From Mayamaea pseudoterrestris (taxonomy: Eukaryota), in contig BROI01000005.1 in assembly GCA_027923505.1 (NCBI GenBank), positions 1,178,001 through 1,239,468 of the forward strand: 61,468 bases of DNA, in the 5' to 3' direction. This document shows positions 11,632 to 23,686 of this stretch, piece by piece. Within the stretch, counting starts at the first letter, position 1; each line of letters opens with the position of its first letter. The notes beneath the pieces were generated by a model, which was given only the letters and a program-made list of their open reading frames with translations, made no database searches and was not told the origin of the DNA. The translations under genes were made by a program, and so were the position numbers.

Positions 11632-12645
11632 ATGGCGAACCCTTCCATCAAGAATGAATCCTCTATCTATGGTGATGAAATCCAATGCGATTTCGACTTA
11701 CAAATGCTGCTGGCTACAGTCGACGGCCTTGCTGCCGAAGAACAGCTTTTGGCAGCAGCTCGTCTACTTGAACGAGTCAAGGATTAAAGGCAACTGCCAT
11801 TGAAGCATCAGCGAATAGTTAATCAAGCAAAGGATCTCCGCGAATCCGTTGCCGATCTATTTGGCGATCCAGAGGAGAGCGATGGCTGGATCCGTCAAGG
11901 TGGCGACGTTGACACGCTTATCTACTACAAGATGGAGGGTCCTGCTCGCTTAACCTGTCGGATAGAAACGCCTATTGAGCAGTCGCTATTGGTCCCCTTA
12001 CTTTCAGTGCTGAATGAGGTTGACTTGTACCAAGCTTGGATACCAAAATTTCGCATCCCTCGCCTCGGAATACGACAAAGTCGCGTCCTTCAAGAAACGG
12101 GTAAACGCCGTTGCAACAAAATATTACAGATTCTCTGCGATGTCGCTTGGCCCTTTTGCCCTCGTGAAGTCATCATACAATCAACCGCAGCTGACGACAT
12201 CGGGGACTCTGGGTATTTACTTGTTCGTCTCAAGTCATTGTCGACAGAAGAATACTTAATTATTCCAGCCACATCCAAAAATGTCACGCGAAGTGAGTTT
12301 CAAGGAGCCATTTTGTTTCGCGCATGTCCTCACGACCATGCCGTATTACAGCACTCGAAGCGAATATATTCTGAGCCGCTGATAATTGTTTCGTTTCAAC
12401 TATTTTGTGATCCAAAAATGACTGGAATTCCAGTAAGTGTCGTCAACTTTGTCACTCGCACGGCAATCGGGACCATGTGGAATGCGTTTATAGCTGTTGC
12501 TATTGATGTTCGAAGCAACAAGCGGCCTGCGCATATGCGAGAAATTGTGCGGAAAAAGGAGTTTTATAAGTGGATGGATGATAGAATAGAAACGATGCTG
12601 GCCAAACTTGAGTACGGTCGCTTTGTCAACTATCTTCAGAGTTGA
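11632..12645 (+). CDS. START/SRPBCC lipid-binding domain protein, interrupted by an in-frame TAA at 11785-11787
   Basis: ATG 11632 is in the same frame as ORF 11800-12645. Motifs LLSVLNEVDLYQAWIP, VAWPFCPREV and CDPKMTGIPVSVVNFV are START-like. Confidence 0.75.
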
Positions 12646-12695
12646 CGGATGTTTATTAGCGCGAATGCGTACTTGCTCTCATAGAGTTTTACCCT

Positions 12696-15032
12696 TTAGG
12701 CGAATTTATGGTTGATGTTAAAACGAATTCTCACACTACAGACAACATCATTTTCGTATGCCCTTGAGCCAACAACATCACTATCGTAGCTGCTGTAATG
12801 CTTGTGCTCCGTTATGGGATCATTGATTGGTCGAGTAGAGATAAGATCCTGATTGGTAGATGCGATTAAAAGGTTTCGATCTACATCCGTAAACCTCTGC
12901 TCTCGGAGATCGTATCGATCAGGAAGCAGGATGAGAATGTGGCCCCAATCATAATTAGGCGAGCTGTCACAGCCAAGATGTCTTGACTCCTGCCAACCAA
13001 GATCCCAGCCAGTTAATGGATTGTCTCGTCCCAGCGCGTCGCTCAGTGAAATACCTAAAGCACATGGTCCCGTAACGAGCAACATGGGAGAACAACGTAG
13101 CTTCCACACCTCAGCCGACAGGTCTCGGCGACACATGTTGCTTTCAATGTCAAAGTAGTCCATGCGCCCCAAAGCTCGATTAACAAGGTCCTCCAATGCC
13201 TTTATAACGATTGGATGACCAGGCGAGCTTCCAAGAAGCCCATTCCAAACGCAATAGTTTGCATCCGGCCACATGTCAACGTTCACGTCTCTTGGGACAA
13301 AAAAAGAAAGATCGTCAGTAATAAAGTTGTCAAGATTAATTTCAAGCATCAAGTCAATGTCAGCATAAACTCCTCCATGAATGGCAAGAACACATAAGCG
13401 AAAGAAATCTGCCTTGAATGCTGGTACCATAATTGCATCGTAGGCATTTTGAATAGGCTTGGGCATGTGCTGCAAAACAAACTCACGGGCCGATTCATCT
13501 GTGTAAAATCGGTATTCCCAACCCTTCATAGCTTTCCACGAATTCTGTAAGCGCTGCAGATGCGGATACTCGCGAGAGCTTAGCTGTTCAAACCAGGTTT
13601 GGTGTATAATGCGGGGAATGCGCTTTGTCGTATCAGTACTATTTCGAGCTTCAATCACTTCGACATTTAGCTGGATGTACGTTGCGGTGTTCCCAGTGTC
13701 ATTTGATTCTGACCCGCATACGCTAGTCTGGTAGCAGGTTGGACAAACCCAGCGACCACAGAGCTTGTGACTACCTATCCATGGTAGCCGAAGGCACCTA
13801 TGACAAAACCAGCCTGGAGAGCATCCAATATCATGCAATCGGGAGCTCCATGATCGCTTAATTTGACAGTGGCAAGCAACGGAGGTTTCTGTATCTTGTA
13901 CCGACACATTCCATCGATTTGTGCTGACTGGCACATTTAGTTGAGCGTCGCCTGTACCAAAGTTCTGAGTCGTGCTAAGAGATGCAAACGTCTTAAACTT
14001 CCTCTTTGCGTTCAGGCAGGAGGTGTCGTCAAGTTGTGGGACGACGGTTCCAGCTTGCTGATCCGACGACAACGAAACAAGCCACGTAACAATAGATTCC
14101 CATTCAAAGCCATTTACGTCATTCCCCACCTGCTCTACTAGCTTCCGAACAACACAAACAATTGTAGGGTGATGGGGAGATGCCATTATAATATCTATCT
14201 GGCCTTTTGTGTCGTTTTGGATGCGAAACAAACTGGCGCAGTTGTGAGCTTGTTCAATTTCCTCATGCACAAAGGTTCGGGTGGACCCGACAAAGATACC
14301 ACCATAAAGTGCAACATGACAAAGCGCCCACAATTGTACGCGTTTGCTCAATGCAAGACGTTGATATAAAGGCACGAGGGGGGCATAGTGCTGAAAAATG
14401 AGGGCGTCCATGTTTGATGCATCCACCCAGACCACATGCGCATGATACGGATAGCTGCCGTTAACCTCGAGCGGTCGATACCAATTTCCAAACAGGGGCC
14501 GAATGTATCGAAGGTCTGAACAATCGGTTGCCTCGCCATGTAAGGCCTTTGTAGCTTGTTTGTAGTGCTGATGGCGACGCCAGCTTCTCGTAACAGTTTC
14601 GCGCATCCAAGCTTGTGTCAAAACAGGGACGCCAACTTGATTCGTCACTTCCTTCGTCAAGGGAACTGCGTAATTCAACCCTTTTCGAAAGTCTTGCTGT
14701 ACCTTGCGCTGGTGCCAATTCCATAATATGCTTCGTATACTATTGTCAAAGGTCTTGCCACACACTCCTCCTGAAAGAGTTCCTGGGCCAAAGAAATGAC
14801 GTCGCTGAACAAGACGGAAACATAAGACGGTCAAACAGAAAAGGAGAGTAGGGACATATGCTACACGTAGCCTGCTTCTTCGTGTCTTGGACTTTTGTCC
14901 AATCAAGCTGGTTGATCGCGTCGCTCCCTCACAACGAGCGGCCATGGTAAAATCGAGCGTGCCAAAATCCATGGCACTGCCAGAAACCGCTGCGATAAGT
15001 GTCGTCGCAAAACCGCTGCGACGTAATCGCAT
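12696..15032 (-). CDS. Type II membrane glycosyltransferase, GT32/OCH1-like DXD family, with an additional degenerate GT-like segment
   Basis: IPRIIHQTW, KADFFRLCVLAIHGGVYADID (DxD), SPGHPIV and TGPCALG motifs. N-terminal hydrophobic anchor PTLLFCLTVLCF. The start may be one of the downstream Mets. Confidence 0.88.
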   Translation of the reverse strand: MRLRRSGFATTLIAAVSGSAMDFGTLDFTMAARCEGATRSTSLIGQKSKTRRSRLRVAYVPTLLFCLTVLCFRLVQRRHFFGPGTLSGGVCGKTFDNSIRSILWNWHQRKVQQDFRKGLNYAVPLTKEVTNQVGVPVLTQAWMRETVTRSWRRHQHYKQATKALHGEATDCSDLRYIRPLFGNWYRPLEVNGSYPYHAHVVWVDASNMDALIFQHYAPLVPLYQRLALSKRVQLWALCHVALYGGIFVGSTRTFVHEEIEQAHNCASLFRIQNDTKGQIDIIMASPHHPTIVCVVRKLVEQVGNDVNGFEWESIVTWLVSLSSDQQAGTVVPQLDDTSCLNAKRKFKTFASLSTTQNFGTGDAQLNVPVSTNRWNVSVQDTETSVACHCQIKRSWSSRLHDIGCSPGWFCHRCLRLPWIGSHKLCGRWVCPTCYQTSVCGSESNDTGNTATYIQLNVEVIEARNSTDTTKRIPRIIHQTWFEQLSSREYPHLQRLQNSWKAMKGWEYRFYTDESAREFVLQHMPKPIQNAYDAIMVPAFKADFFRLCVLAIHGGVYADIDLMLEINLDNFITDDLSFFVPRDVNVDMWPDANYCVWNGLLGSSPGHPIVIKALEDLVNRALGRMDYFDIESNMCRRDLSAEVWKLRCSPMLLVTGPCALGISLSDALGRDNPLTGWDLGWQESRHLGCDSSPNYDWGHILILLPDRYDLREQRFTDVDRNLLIASTNQDLISTRPINDPITEHKHYSSYDSDVVGSRAYENDVVCSVRIRFNINHKFA

Positions 15033-15124
15033 TGAGAAGGATGGATCCGCCCTCCTCGTTCGTCGTCACGAAGAACACGACCATGACTTGACGATACCGT
15101 TATATTCTAGCACATTGGCTCAAA

Positions 15125-18100
15125 ATGATTGTTGTCTTTGTAGTTGACACGTCTCCAAGCATGAGTCGTGCACTGGACGTTTCACCGTCCATGACAACGC
15201 CAGGAGAGGGACCGACGAAAGGTGGCAGCTTGACCCGACTTGATCTTGCCAAAATGGCAGTCGAAGATTTAAGCCGTCGGCTCCGCAAGGGATTAGCATT
15301 ACATCAAAGCTATCCGTCTGATCCTGCCATGGCAAGATCGATGGCCAATATTGGTCAGGGAGGAGCATTTGTTCCGCAGCAGGATGCTCTTTTATTGCTG
15401 TCAACGTCGAGGCAACATCCAGACTCGGCAAGTTGCGCTGCTGGGGGAAGGTTATTAGTCGGATTTGGGAGAGATGATATTCCAGTAGAGGTTAGTCTGG
15501 TGTTTCGGATCGACATTATACGCTTGTGATATATAATTGCTTACATTCACGTATATGCCTCAACAGGATCAGCAACCACTACCAGTTCTAATACAAAACG
15601 CTGATTATCGTTTAGAATCGTTTCAAAAGGAATTAAAAAGCCTAGAGGCTGCTAAATGGGATCCTGAGAATAAGGAGACTTTTCCCGAAGATGCTGGTGG
15701 AGCCGCTGGTTTAAATGCGGCACTCTCGACTGGTTTACAACTTTTGTCACGTTATCGACTGCACTCACGGTACATTGAAAACTTTGGACAAGGAAGGCTT
15801 CCATGTGCATCAATGCAGATTGAAAATGAAAGTGGAAGATTACCTGCGACTGCCTTGCAACCAGCTTGTTTGATCTTGGTGACGGATGGCGCGTGTCTTC
15901 GTCATTCTCCAAGCCATGGTGGCGGCAGCCTGCAGCTTCAGTATGGGTCACAGCCTCTGCGAGAATTTTATAAGGAGCCTTTTCGATGGGATCAGCGCAT
16001 ATTTTGTTTGGCAGTTGGTGATGCACCGGATAGTAAGCAGTATGTGCATCCTCAGCTCCGGGCGTTAGTGGAAGTTACTGGAGGCTCACACTTTTTACTT
16101 CGACATCCGTCGACATTACCGACCGATGCGATTTTGAAACGGATCCGGCCTTTGATGCCACGAGAACTTCCTTTAAGTGATCCTTTGTTTGCACACTTAC
16201 CCACCATATCCTACTCGACTTGTCAGTCGATGACACCGGCACCGACCTATCAAATTCCTCAAGGAGCCAGTTTCGTTAATGCCGGACCGATTATATGCTT
16301 ACAAGCCTTAGAAGGCGAGGAAAATGGCCGACCGACGCAAAGACGAGCCATGCTATTGTATACATCATCGCTGGCCACTAGCACAACTGCTCAGATTCCT
16401 CAGCTAGGCAATGAATTAAAAACGATATTCAGCCCACCACTTTGGTGTATCCCAGAGTCGTTCTTTCCGAGCAAAAAGCTCGATGCGCTGCCTCCTCGCT
16501 CGGCACAGCCGTTACTATTTTATAGCAAACATCCAGCCAATCTTGGATCCAAGTCGTTTGATCCATTGCAAGTCATTAAAGTTCTTCACAGGCTTGACCA
16601 ACTCGTTCTTGCGAACCGAAAAGCGATGCATCAACAGGCGAGGGTTATCCATCGCGACGTATACATCTGTGATTGGTTATCAGCAGAGTCGGAGATGTCT
16701 ACATCAGCAGATTTAAACTCGCAGAACGAATATTTTCCAGTATTTGTACGCGGGGCTGGAAGATCAACGCTATCGGACGACGCAGATAGCTTCATCATCA
16801 ACATTGGTATTCTTCATGCGCCTCTGAGGAAATCTGCCATTCCAGGAAACCCACCGGGATTAACAACATTAACAATGCTGCCACCGGAACCACACATTCT
16901 TCTTCCCCTGCTGCTGCGTGCCACAGAGGCGGAACATCGCGCTGTGAAGAAGTTAAAAGCTAAACAGGCTCTTAATAACAGCAACAAGCTCAACGTGATT
17001 CTCGATGACAACTGGCGATCAGAATTTCAGGCCTACCTGTTCCGCTTGCCGCCATATTATCAGTCCGCAATGAAACGATGCTTGCGACCCGTCCTGCCCG
17101 CTTGCGCCCATGCAATATTTCATTCCGAATCCATCGACTCGGTGATGCAGCAATGTTTTTCCAAAGCATGTTTACAAAAGATACGTAACGGGGAACAGAT
17201 GTCCAGAGATACAAACGATATGCTAGAGAAGCAAGAATCATGTCTCTATAGCGTCCGAATCCAGCAACATCCTACAGACACTTCAACTATGCATCAGATG
17301 CCGGCCGTAAAGTATGGAAATTTTGATATCCGGACAAATGTCGATACTTACCTTCAGACTCTTCGCTCGCTGCCCCCTCCGTGGCAATTGGAAAATTACA
17401 TAAAAGGAACAAAAACTACTGCCGCAGATGTAGTGGCGAGCACGCACGTTGCGAATGGCGGTGCAACCTCACAAACCGTCTTGGATGTGTTGGGCGATCT
17501 CCCTGAAAAGTGCCTGATGGCATACTACGAGTCGCGGCGTCGATGGATTTTTGGTGGGCCGCCATTAACGACGCGAGGGCTGCATGTCGAGGGTGTGAAC
17601 AATGGTGGCAGCAATGTGCAACGATGCGGCGGGAAAGCTGGCTGCCGAGACGGGTGTCTATTATCCTTGGCTGGTGTGGGTGTCTCCATGCTAAACGAAA
17701 CATCTACAACTCGCATGGGAGATTACAAAGAGCGTCTTATTTATTCTAGGGCACCTATTGTAGGCTATGGATCCAATGATGCTGCTGGAGTTGCTGCGAC
17801 GACAGCATCCGATGGATCACCCGTATGGTCGGTGGACGATGCTGCCATGCCTCAAACGTTCTTCGACGAAAGGACAGGAGACTTTTCAGATGGCGCACAG
17901 GCCAGGAGCTTATCGAAACTATTGGTCAATTTTGGTAATCCTTTCCGCGAGAAAAGAGCAGATTCACTCATACCAGCTCGGTTCCTTTCGCAAACACCTT
18001 CATTACGACGGGGTGAATTTGCTGAATCGGCTACAGAAAATTCACGCACACCTCCTGGGTCGCCACCGCATATATCGTTCGATTCAGTCGAAGAAGGGGA

Positions 18101-18770
18101 GGCACTATTTGTGACAAGAAAGTCTCCCTCTCGCTTATCACCCAAACGCGATGCATTCGAAGATGCTGACCTTCCAACTTCAAAGCGACAGCGAGCGAAT
18201 AGTCGTGATGAGCAAAACAACGTCCTGGCACCCTTTTCTACACCATCAAAACATTCAACGCCTTCACTAATTAAGCCACATACCATTCTTCGACCAGCAT
18301 TACCTGGAGCAGCATCAGCTGCACCTGCACCGCCACGACCACCGAAACCACCGGTTCCTAATATTGGTACAAACAGGGTTCCTGCATCTCGCCCAGCAGC
18401 CCCGGCACGACCACCACCTACATCTATACAGCTGGATAGGCGCAAATCAATGCCGCCAACCCCCCTTTTAAGTTCACATGAAGTAAATCAAGAACCAAAT
18501 CAAGGACATATAACTACACATTTGCCAAGCAATGATCCGCTTTCAACGGCCACAGCAGAGGATTTATCTAATGACCATGAACCGTGCACACAGAACACAT
18601 CGGCTCAGGTCATTTTTCCCGCAGTGCCTAATTATGAATGTCCCGACAAGCCACCTAACATAAACCTGCTACCCGACTGGATCTGCGTGTGGTCCAAAAG
18701 CCAAAAGCGTTGGTACTTTTGGCATAAAAAGACAAACCAGAGCTTGTGGAATTGGCCTCCAGACGGTTAA
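15125..18770 (+). CDS. INTS6: Integrator complex subunit 6-like (VWA domain) with C-terminal WW domain; exons 15125-15490 and 15567-18770
   Basis: MIVVFVVDTSPSM (MIDAS), LTRLDLAKMAVE, ENFGQGR, KEPFRWDQRIF and FGNPF match INTS6. Phase-0 GT-AG intron 15491-15566. WW domain LPDW...WYFWHKKTNQSLWNWP. Confidence 0.88.
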
Positions 18771-18796
18771 ATAGTTGGACTACCTGTTAATCTTGT

Positions 18797-20512
18797 TTAA
18801 AACGACGTGTAATCATTTAATACCATAAGAGTATCGTCCAAATGCAGCGCGGCAACATCTAGCCGCTCCAGTCCAAGTTTAAACTTGTCCAAATGGATGC
18901 GATCCGCCTCACCTATGTTTTCGTCAGCTGCTACTTCAGAGTCTTTTTGAAAGCGCTCTCGTTCTAACCAATGACGACCAGCTTCAATCTGATGTTGACG
19001 CCGCAAACGCACATTCCAAAGTGCTGTGGCGACATCTTCAGAACATCTTTGTCGTAAGTTTCTCGGATCGACACCCCACAAATAGATAGCATGCGCCGGA
19101 TTGTGTTGCCGTGCTGTACCCAGCTGCAGAATTTCAACATAACGGCTCCGATACAAACGATGACAGATCTCGCGGGTATCTTTGGCGGGAATCATGGCTT
19201 GATCGGTAAGCGAGTCAGATTCAAGCCACTTCGACTTTAATAGTATCGAAATGATCCTAGCAGCAATCTCGCCGTGACGATCTAGAACGAGCTGGTGGAC
19301 AGCTCGCTCCTGCAGGTAACGTAACAGGGACGGAAAATTAATTTCGAGTCGAGTTCCATCAGACGATCGCCTAACCACTGCTGGATGGTGTGTACGCTCT
19401 ACTATCTCGTCCCATGCTCGCCTCATGTTCGCCTTCAAGCCACCGGCCTTCTTCTCCATCTGCTGCAAAACAGCGGTAGGTATGTACGTGATACAGTCCG
19501 TCGCTTGAAATGTCATAAGGTCGTTCGACGCTTCAAAAGCGATCCCATGCAGAGGCGCAACCACATGCTTTTGATGGGCTCGAAACCGGAGCGCTGCCGT
19601 CACCAGGCTTCCACAGTATTGCACCACTGAACCGAATCGTTCCGATACTAGACGGCCGAACATAAAAGCACTGAGCTGGTCATGAAACATCGCAAAATTG
19701 ACTTTCCATACGGCATCAACTGGCAGAGCTGTATTATAGCTTGTGTTCCCGTTTAAAGTCTCCAAGATAGCATAGGTATTCTTATCATCATCAATGCACA
19801 TAGGGGCATTTAGACGAGCTCGTTTCAAAGGCGGTCCGGTTTCAAACTCATATTCTTCTTCGTCAACATCCATTTGTAACCGCTTGGCACGAATAACATA
19901 GCCTTGCGTGACAAGCTTGTGTACCGAATCCACAACTTGGTGTAGAGAAGCGTTTTGATGATCGGATTCGGATTGCGCCAATGCTCGAGAGATCCAATCA
20001 GTTGTTTGTAAGTTTCCAGCGACTAGGATTATCTGTAAAACAAAGGCGGACGCCTCGTCAACGCCTCGTCGGATAAACTCAATATACTTGGCAAATCTCA
20101 TCAGATTTCTTGCAATCTTGCCATGATATGTGTAGACTGGCATGCTTGGCATTAACGTTGATGTTCCATTCATGCGCTTTTGAAACGAAACGGAAACAAT
20201 GCCGTGCTGGACAAGCGTGAGAAGCGCTGCGCGAACGACATCGGGATCCGTTGGCTGAACACCAGCAGGAATACCCAACCGTCTCTGCGGCATTGGACAT
20301 TTTCTGTTCATATAGGCGACCAAGGCGCCTAATGAAATAGGATGGCCACGCGTTTGCAAGGCGTCTGCAACAAGTTGAACCGACGGTCCAAAGGCGTCGC
20401 GAATGCAGTGCGACGACAGCGAAATAAGCGGATCATGAGAGGCGGACGCTAGCGGCGAAGTGTAGAAGAAACCTCCCGATTGGCTGCTCGAGCCGACATA
20501 TGATTCAGTCAT
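18797..20512 (-). CDS. POLR3C: DNA-directed RNA polymerase III subunit RPC3 (C82/RPC62)
   Basis: N-terminal HTH (IRDAFGPSVQLVADALQTRG...VRAALLTLVQHG), AARIISIL, AMIPAKDTREICHRLY and a C-terminal coiled coil. Confidence 0.88.
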   Translation of the reverse strand: MTESYVGSSSQSGGFFYTSPLASASHDPLISLSSHCIRDAFGPSVQLVADALQTRGHPISLGALVAYMNRKCPMPQRRLGIPAGVQPTDPDVVRAALLTLVQHGIVSVSFQKRMNGTSTLMPSMPVYTYHGKIARNLMRFAKYIEFIRRGVDEASAFVLQIILVAGNLQTTDWISRALAQSESDHQNASLHQVVDSVHKLVTQGYVIRAKRLQMDVDEEEYEFETGPPLKRARLNAPMCIDDDKNTYAILETLNGNTSYNTALPVDAVWKVNFAMFHDQLSAFMFGRLVSERFGSVVQYCGSLVTAALRFRAHQKHVVAPLHGIAFEASNDLMTFQATDCITYIPTAVLQQMEKKAGGLKANMRRAWDEIVERTHHPAVVRRSSDGTRLEINFPSLLRYLQERAVHQLVLDRHGEIAARIISILLKSKWLESDSLTDQAMIPAKDTREICHRLYRSRYVEILQLGTARQHNPAHAIYLWGVDPRNLRQRCSEDVATALWNVRLRRQHQIEAGRHWLERERFQKDSEVAADENIGEADRIHLDKFKLGLERLDVAALHLDDTLMVLNDYTSF

Positions 20513-20761
20513 TAACAAGGATCAGTGACTACAGGGGAGATTCGGGTTGCAGCAACTGCGTTCAGTTGGGTCGGGATGGGCGGTCCATGAACAAATAATA
20601 ATTTGTGGCTGACGATGGCCAAATGTCGTATCGTTACCGATATCGGTACCGGTACGATGCACAATCGGATGACTCACTGTCATCCACTCCTGCGATTCAT
20701 CAATCGACGCGTTGCGCACATGTTCCTCTCCCCGTCGCAATCCTCTGCAAACTTGTATCCC

Positions 20762-21511
20762 ATGCCGGTTATATCAACATCAACGCGAGGACGTCCATTT
20801 TTGGCGTGGATGACAGTTTTTCTCTGCTGTTTGGGTTTGGTGGAGAGCTTTTTTGCTACACCTACCGGTACGCCGCCATTGAAAGCATTCAGTCATGGTT
20901 TTGCGGTGACATTAAATGCACCAAGACGTCAACGGAGAGCGAACATTTGGAATATGCGATTAAAAGGAGCGATTCATGACGAGTCTGGTTCTAGTGAGTC
21001 AAGACGAACAAATGAGATTGTTGTTTCGTCTGAAATCAATCTTCCCTTTTCGGCTGAGACGGCATTCAATGCATTCTCTGATATGAGTCGACAAACTTCT
21101 TGGTCGCCCTGGTTGCAGTCGGTGGAATACATGGACGATTCACTAAATACAACTTTCTGGAAAATGAATTATTTGGGCGTATCCACAAGCTGGGTATCCA
21201 TGTGCACCTATGAAGATCGCCCCAATACCATTTGCTGGAGCAGCATACAAGGCTTGCGAAATAGGGGACGGGTGGACTTTATACCCAGTCACGGAAACAC
21301 TCTTACGCGCATGAAGATGAGCATGGCCTTTCAGGTGCCAGGTTTAATTGCTCGCATGTTTACTTCGAATGGAAAGATTAGTCGCATGGTTGAAAAGCGC
21401 ATGATTATGCCAACCCTTGAAAGCTTTTGCTTGGACGTTTTACGAAACGATTGCTCTAAAGGTATTTCGGCGAGTAGTCCAGATCCCGACTTGTTAGTCG
21501 CAACCAGATGA
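20762..21511 (+). CDS. Polyketide cyclase/SRPBCC (COQ10/START-like) domain protein, likely secretory or plastid-targeted
   Basis: AFNAFSDMSRQTSWSPWLQSV, FWKM and ICWSSIQGLRNRGRVDF motifs. Hydrophobic signal ending VES-FF. Start Met uncertain (ORF track starts at 20603). Confidence 0.8.
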   Translation: MPVISTSTRGRPFLAWMTVFLCCLGLVESFFATPTGTPPLKAFSHGFAVTLNAPRRQRRANIWNMRLKGAIHDESGSSESRRTNEIVVSSEINLPFSAETAFNAFSDMSRQTSWSPWLQSVEYMDDSLNTTFWKMNYLGVSTSWVSMCTYEDRPNTICWSSIQGLRNRGRVDFIPSHGNTLTRMKMSMAFQVPGLIARMFTSNGKISRMVEKRMIMPTLESFCLDVLRNDCSKGISASSPDPDLLVATR

Positions 21512-21581
21512 CTTAAAGAGCAGTGTAAGTCGGTGGTGATAAGCTGATTAATCAAACTTAGAGAAATTAGAATCAACACAT

Positions 21582-23364
21582 TTACGGCTTGTCTGCAACC
21601 GCCGCATTCGTCGAGAGAGCCTTTTCCTGCTTAATTTTCTCCACCTTGTACATGGAATGCTCAGAAAAGCTGCTCATAAATATAGATGGGTGCTCGCGGT
21701 CATTGCCGAAGTCATTTGGACGGAGAAAGCCATCCTTGACTGTGTCAAACGTTTCAAACAGCATGTCAATCTCTTTTGAAGTAACATTATCCACCTGTCG
21801 AGCCTTCCTATACACTTCCTGGAAGCGATTCTTATCCAGACTATGGCCCGCCTCGACGACCTGATTATCGGAGAAGCAAAATTCGTCAGTTTAAACCAAA
21901 ATGCTTTGTAAACACTGCGATCCTTCCACAAATTTTTACCTTGACAACGTAGTCAAGCGCACACAAGTCGCTCAATGCATTCGTGAGTGTGTCAATCTCC
22001 TCCAAACGCTGCTCGGCACGCGCCCTCATTTTACGACCGCTCAAGTAGTTCATGGATCCCAGGCCAATGACACCAGACGTGAGAACTGACAGCGCCGTCA
22101 CGGCAACAAACGCATCCTGCGTGCCCTCTAATCCATTCACAAGGTTCATGCCGTAAAATCCAGCAATCGTCGTACAAAACGCCATGCTCAATCCAGCGAT
22201 ACCAATATGAACATTCATGCGCACCATGCGATTCCGGTAACCAGCAAGCGCGAGCGCGACAAACTCTTGCTTAGATTGAAGGCGGCCGAGCAAAAAGTTG
22301 AGCTCCATTGCAATGTTACTAATCTGCCGCGCATACACTCCAATGAGTAGTTCCACGTGCTCATGCCGACTGAAATCAACGGGCTGACCAGTCGCAAGTG
22401 CCCTGGCTTGCTCGGTCAGCAGTAGCGACAGCATCTCCTCGTCGTCGTTTAGCAATTGCGTAAGACACTCTAAGCATGTCTTGACCTGAATCTCACATGA
22501 TTGCAAACAATCCTTTAGCGGCACCAAGTGATGAACACCCGTGTCAGAGTAAATTTCATCAGCAACTCTGTCCAAAAAGTTGTCGACAATTGGCTCAAGC
22601 AGCCGGAGCCGGCGATAGAATGAGTCAACCGTGTCACGCAACACCATTTCAAGAAAGACGAGCTCATGGGGTTCCGGATTATCCAAAACTTCGCCCGTCA
22701 TTTCAGCAAGTCTCTTGGATGAAAATGCTTGTCCGAGTTTTTTCGCGAAGTCCTTGACAGCTGGATTGTGTGCATCCAGCAGTAGAACCTCCTCCAAATT
22801 AGCCACGGCACGAATGTTGCCAAAACTCAGCAGAATCAAGTCGTCCCTCGTGACAATGGCAGCCAATGCTCGTCTCACTCCTCCTCCACTTTTTGAATTC
22901 GACTGTCGCTGCCGCTCCTGCGTGGATGATATATTGAGGGTGAACATCTCTCTAGCGAATATTCTTGCGGATCGAAGCAAATCGGCAGTGCTCAAAGTCG
23001 ATGCTTCAATCCTTCCATTTTTGTATAACACCTTGACAACCTTGAAATTGTTATTATTAGAGTTTTCTGTCGCGACTTCGTCATAGTTTAAGTTTCGATG
23101 CGTAGTTTGATCATGCGACGGATGGCTGCCGTATCGTCGAAGAAGAAATCGATGTACAGATAATTGCGACGGCATGTTTGCGAGGGAGGAGGTGCTTGCT
23201 TGCCGATTAATGACGGAGCGCCATGATCTCATCGATAATTTACTTATCCGGATTCGACATGGTGACAAGACCATTGCCAAGTATTGTCTCGATTGATCGA
23301 CCGGTATGAGTGACCGCGTCGCAGCGCTGCTTCGGAGCGCCATGGTGAAGTAAGAAGTTTTCAT
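21582..23364 (-). CDS. MRS2: MRS2/CorA-family magnesium transporter with C-terminal EF-hand; exons 23364-21940 and 21860-21582
   Basis: PHELVFLEMVL, LLNDDEEMLSLLLT, HVELLIGVY, RNRMVRMN and GFYGMNL (GMN motif) with two TM helices. Mitochondrial-type N-terminus. Phase-0 GT-AG intron 21939-21861 adds EIDMLFETFDTVKDGFLRPNDF. Confidence 0.9.
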
Positions 23365-23686
23365 GGAACGACGTCGTCGAACGATTGAAATGTTCTTTTC
23401 AGTGTCGCTGTCTGCAAGTGCGTCACTTTTGATTGTTTTCCTGTGAAAACTTCCTCCTCAATGACTCCAGCTGCTCGTTCCATCGATAGCCTGCTGCTTC
23501 GCTGCACTAAAGTCTGTTCTGTGACCTAAGTAACTTGTGATGTTCTTTGCGTTACGATTCTCGGCGAATTGCATGGTTCGGATCTCGAGCGCGACTCCAA
23601 CCTTACTCGTCATGTTGAGCGATCGAGACGATCACATTTCGACCTATTTGCCAACGACGCCTTCATACCTCTGCCCCAAGCTCAAA

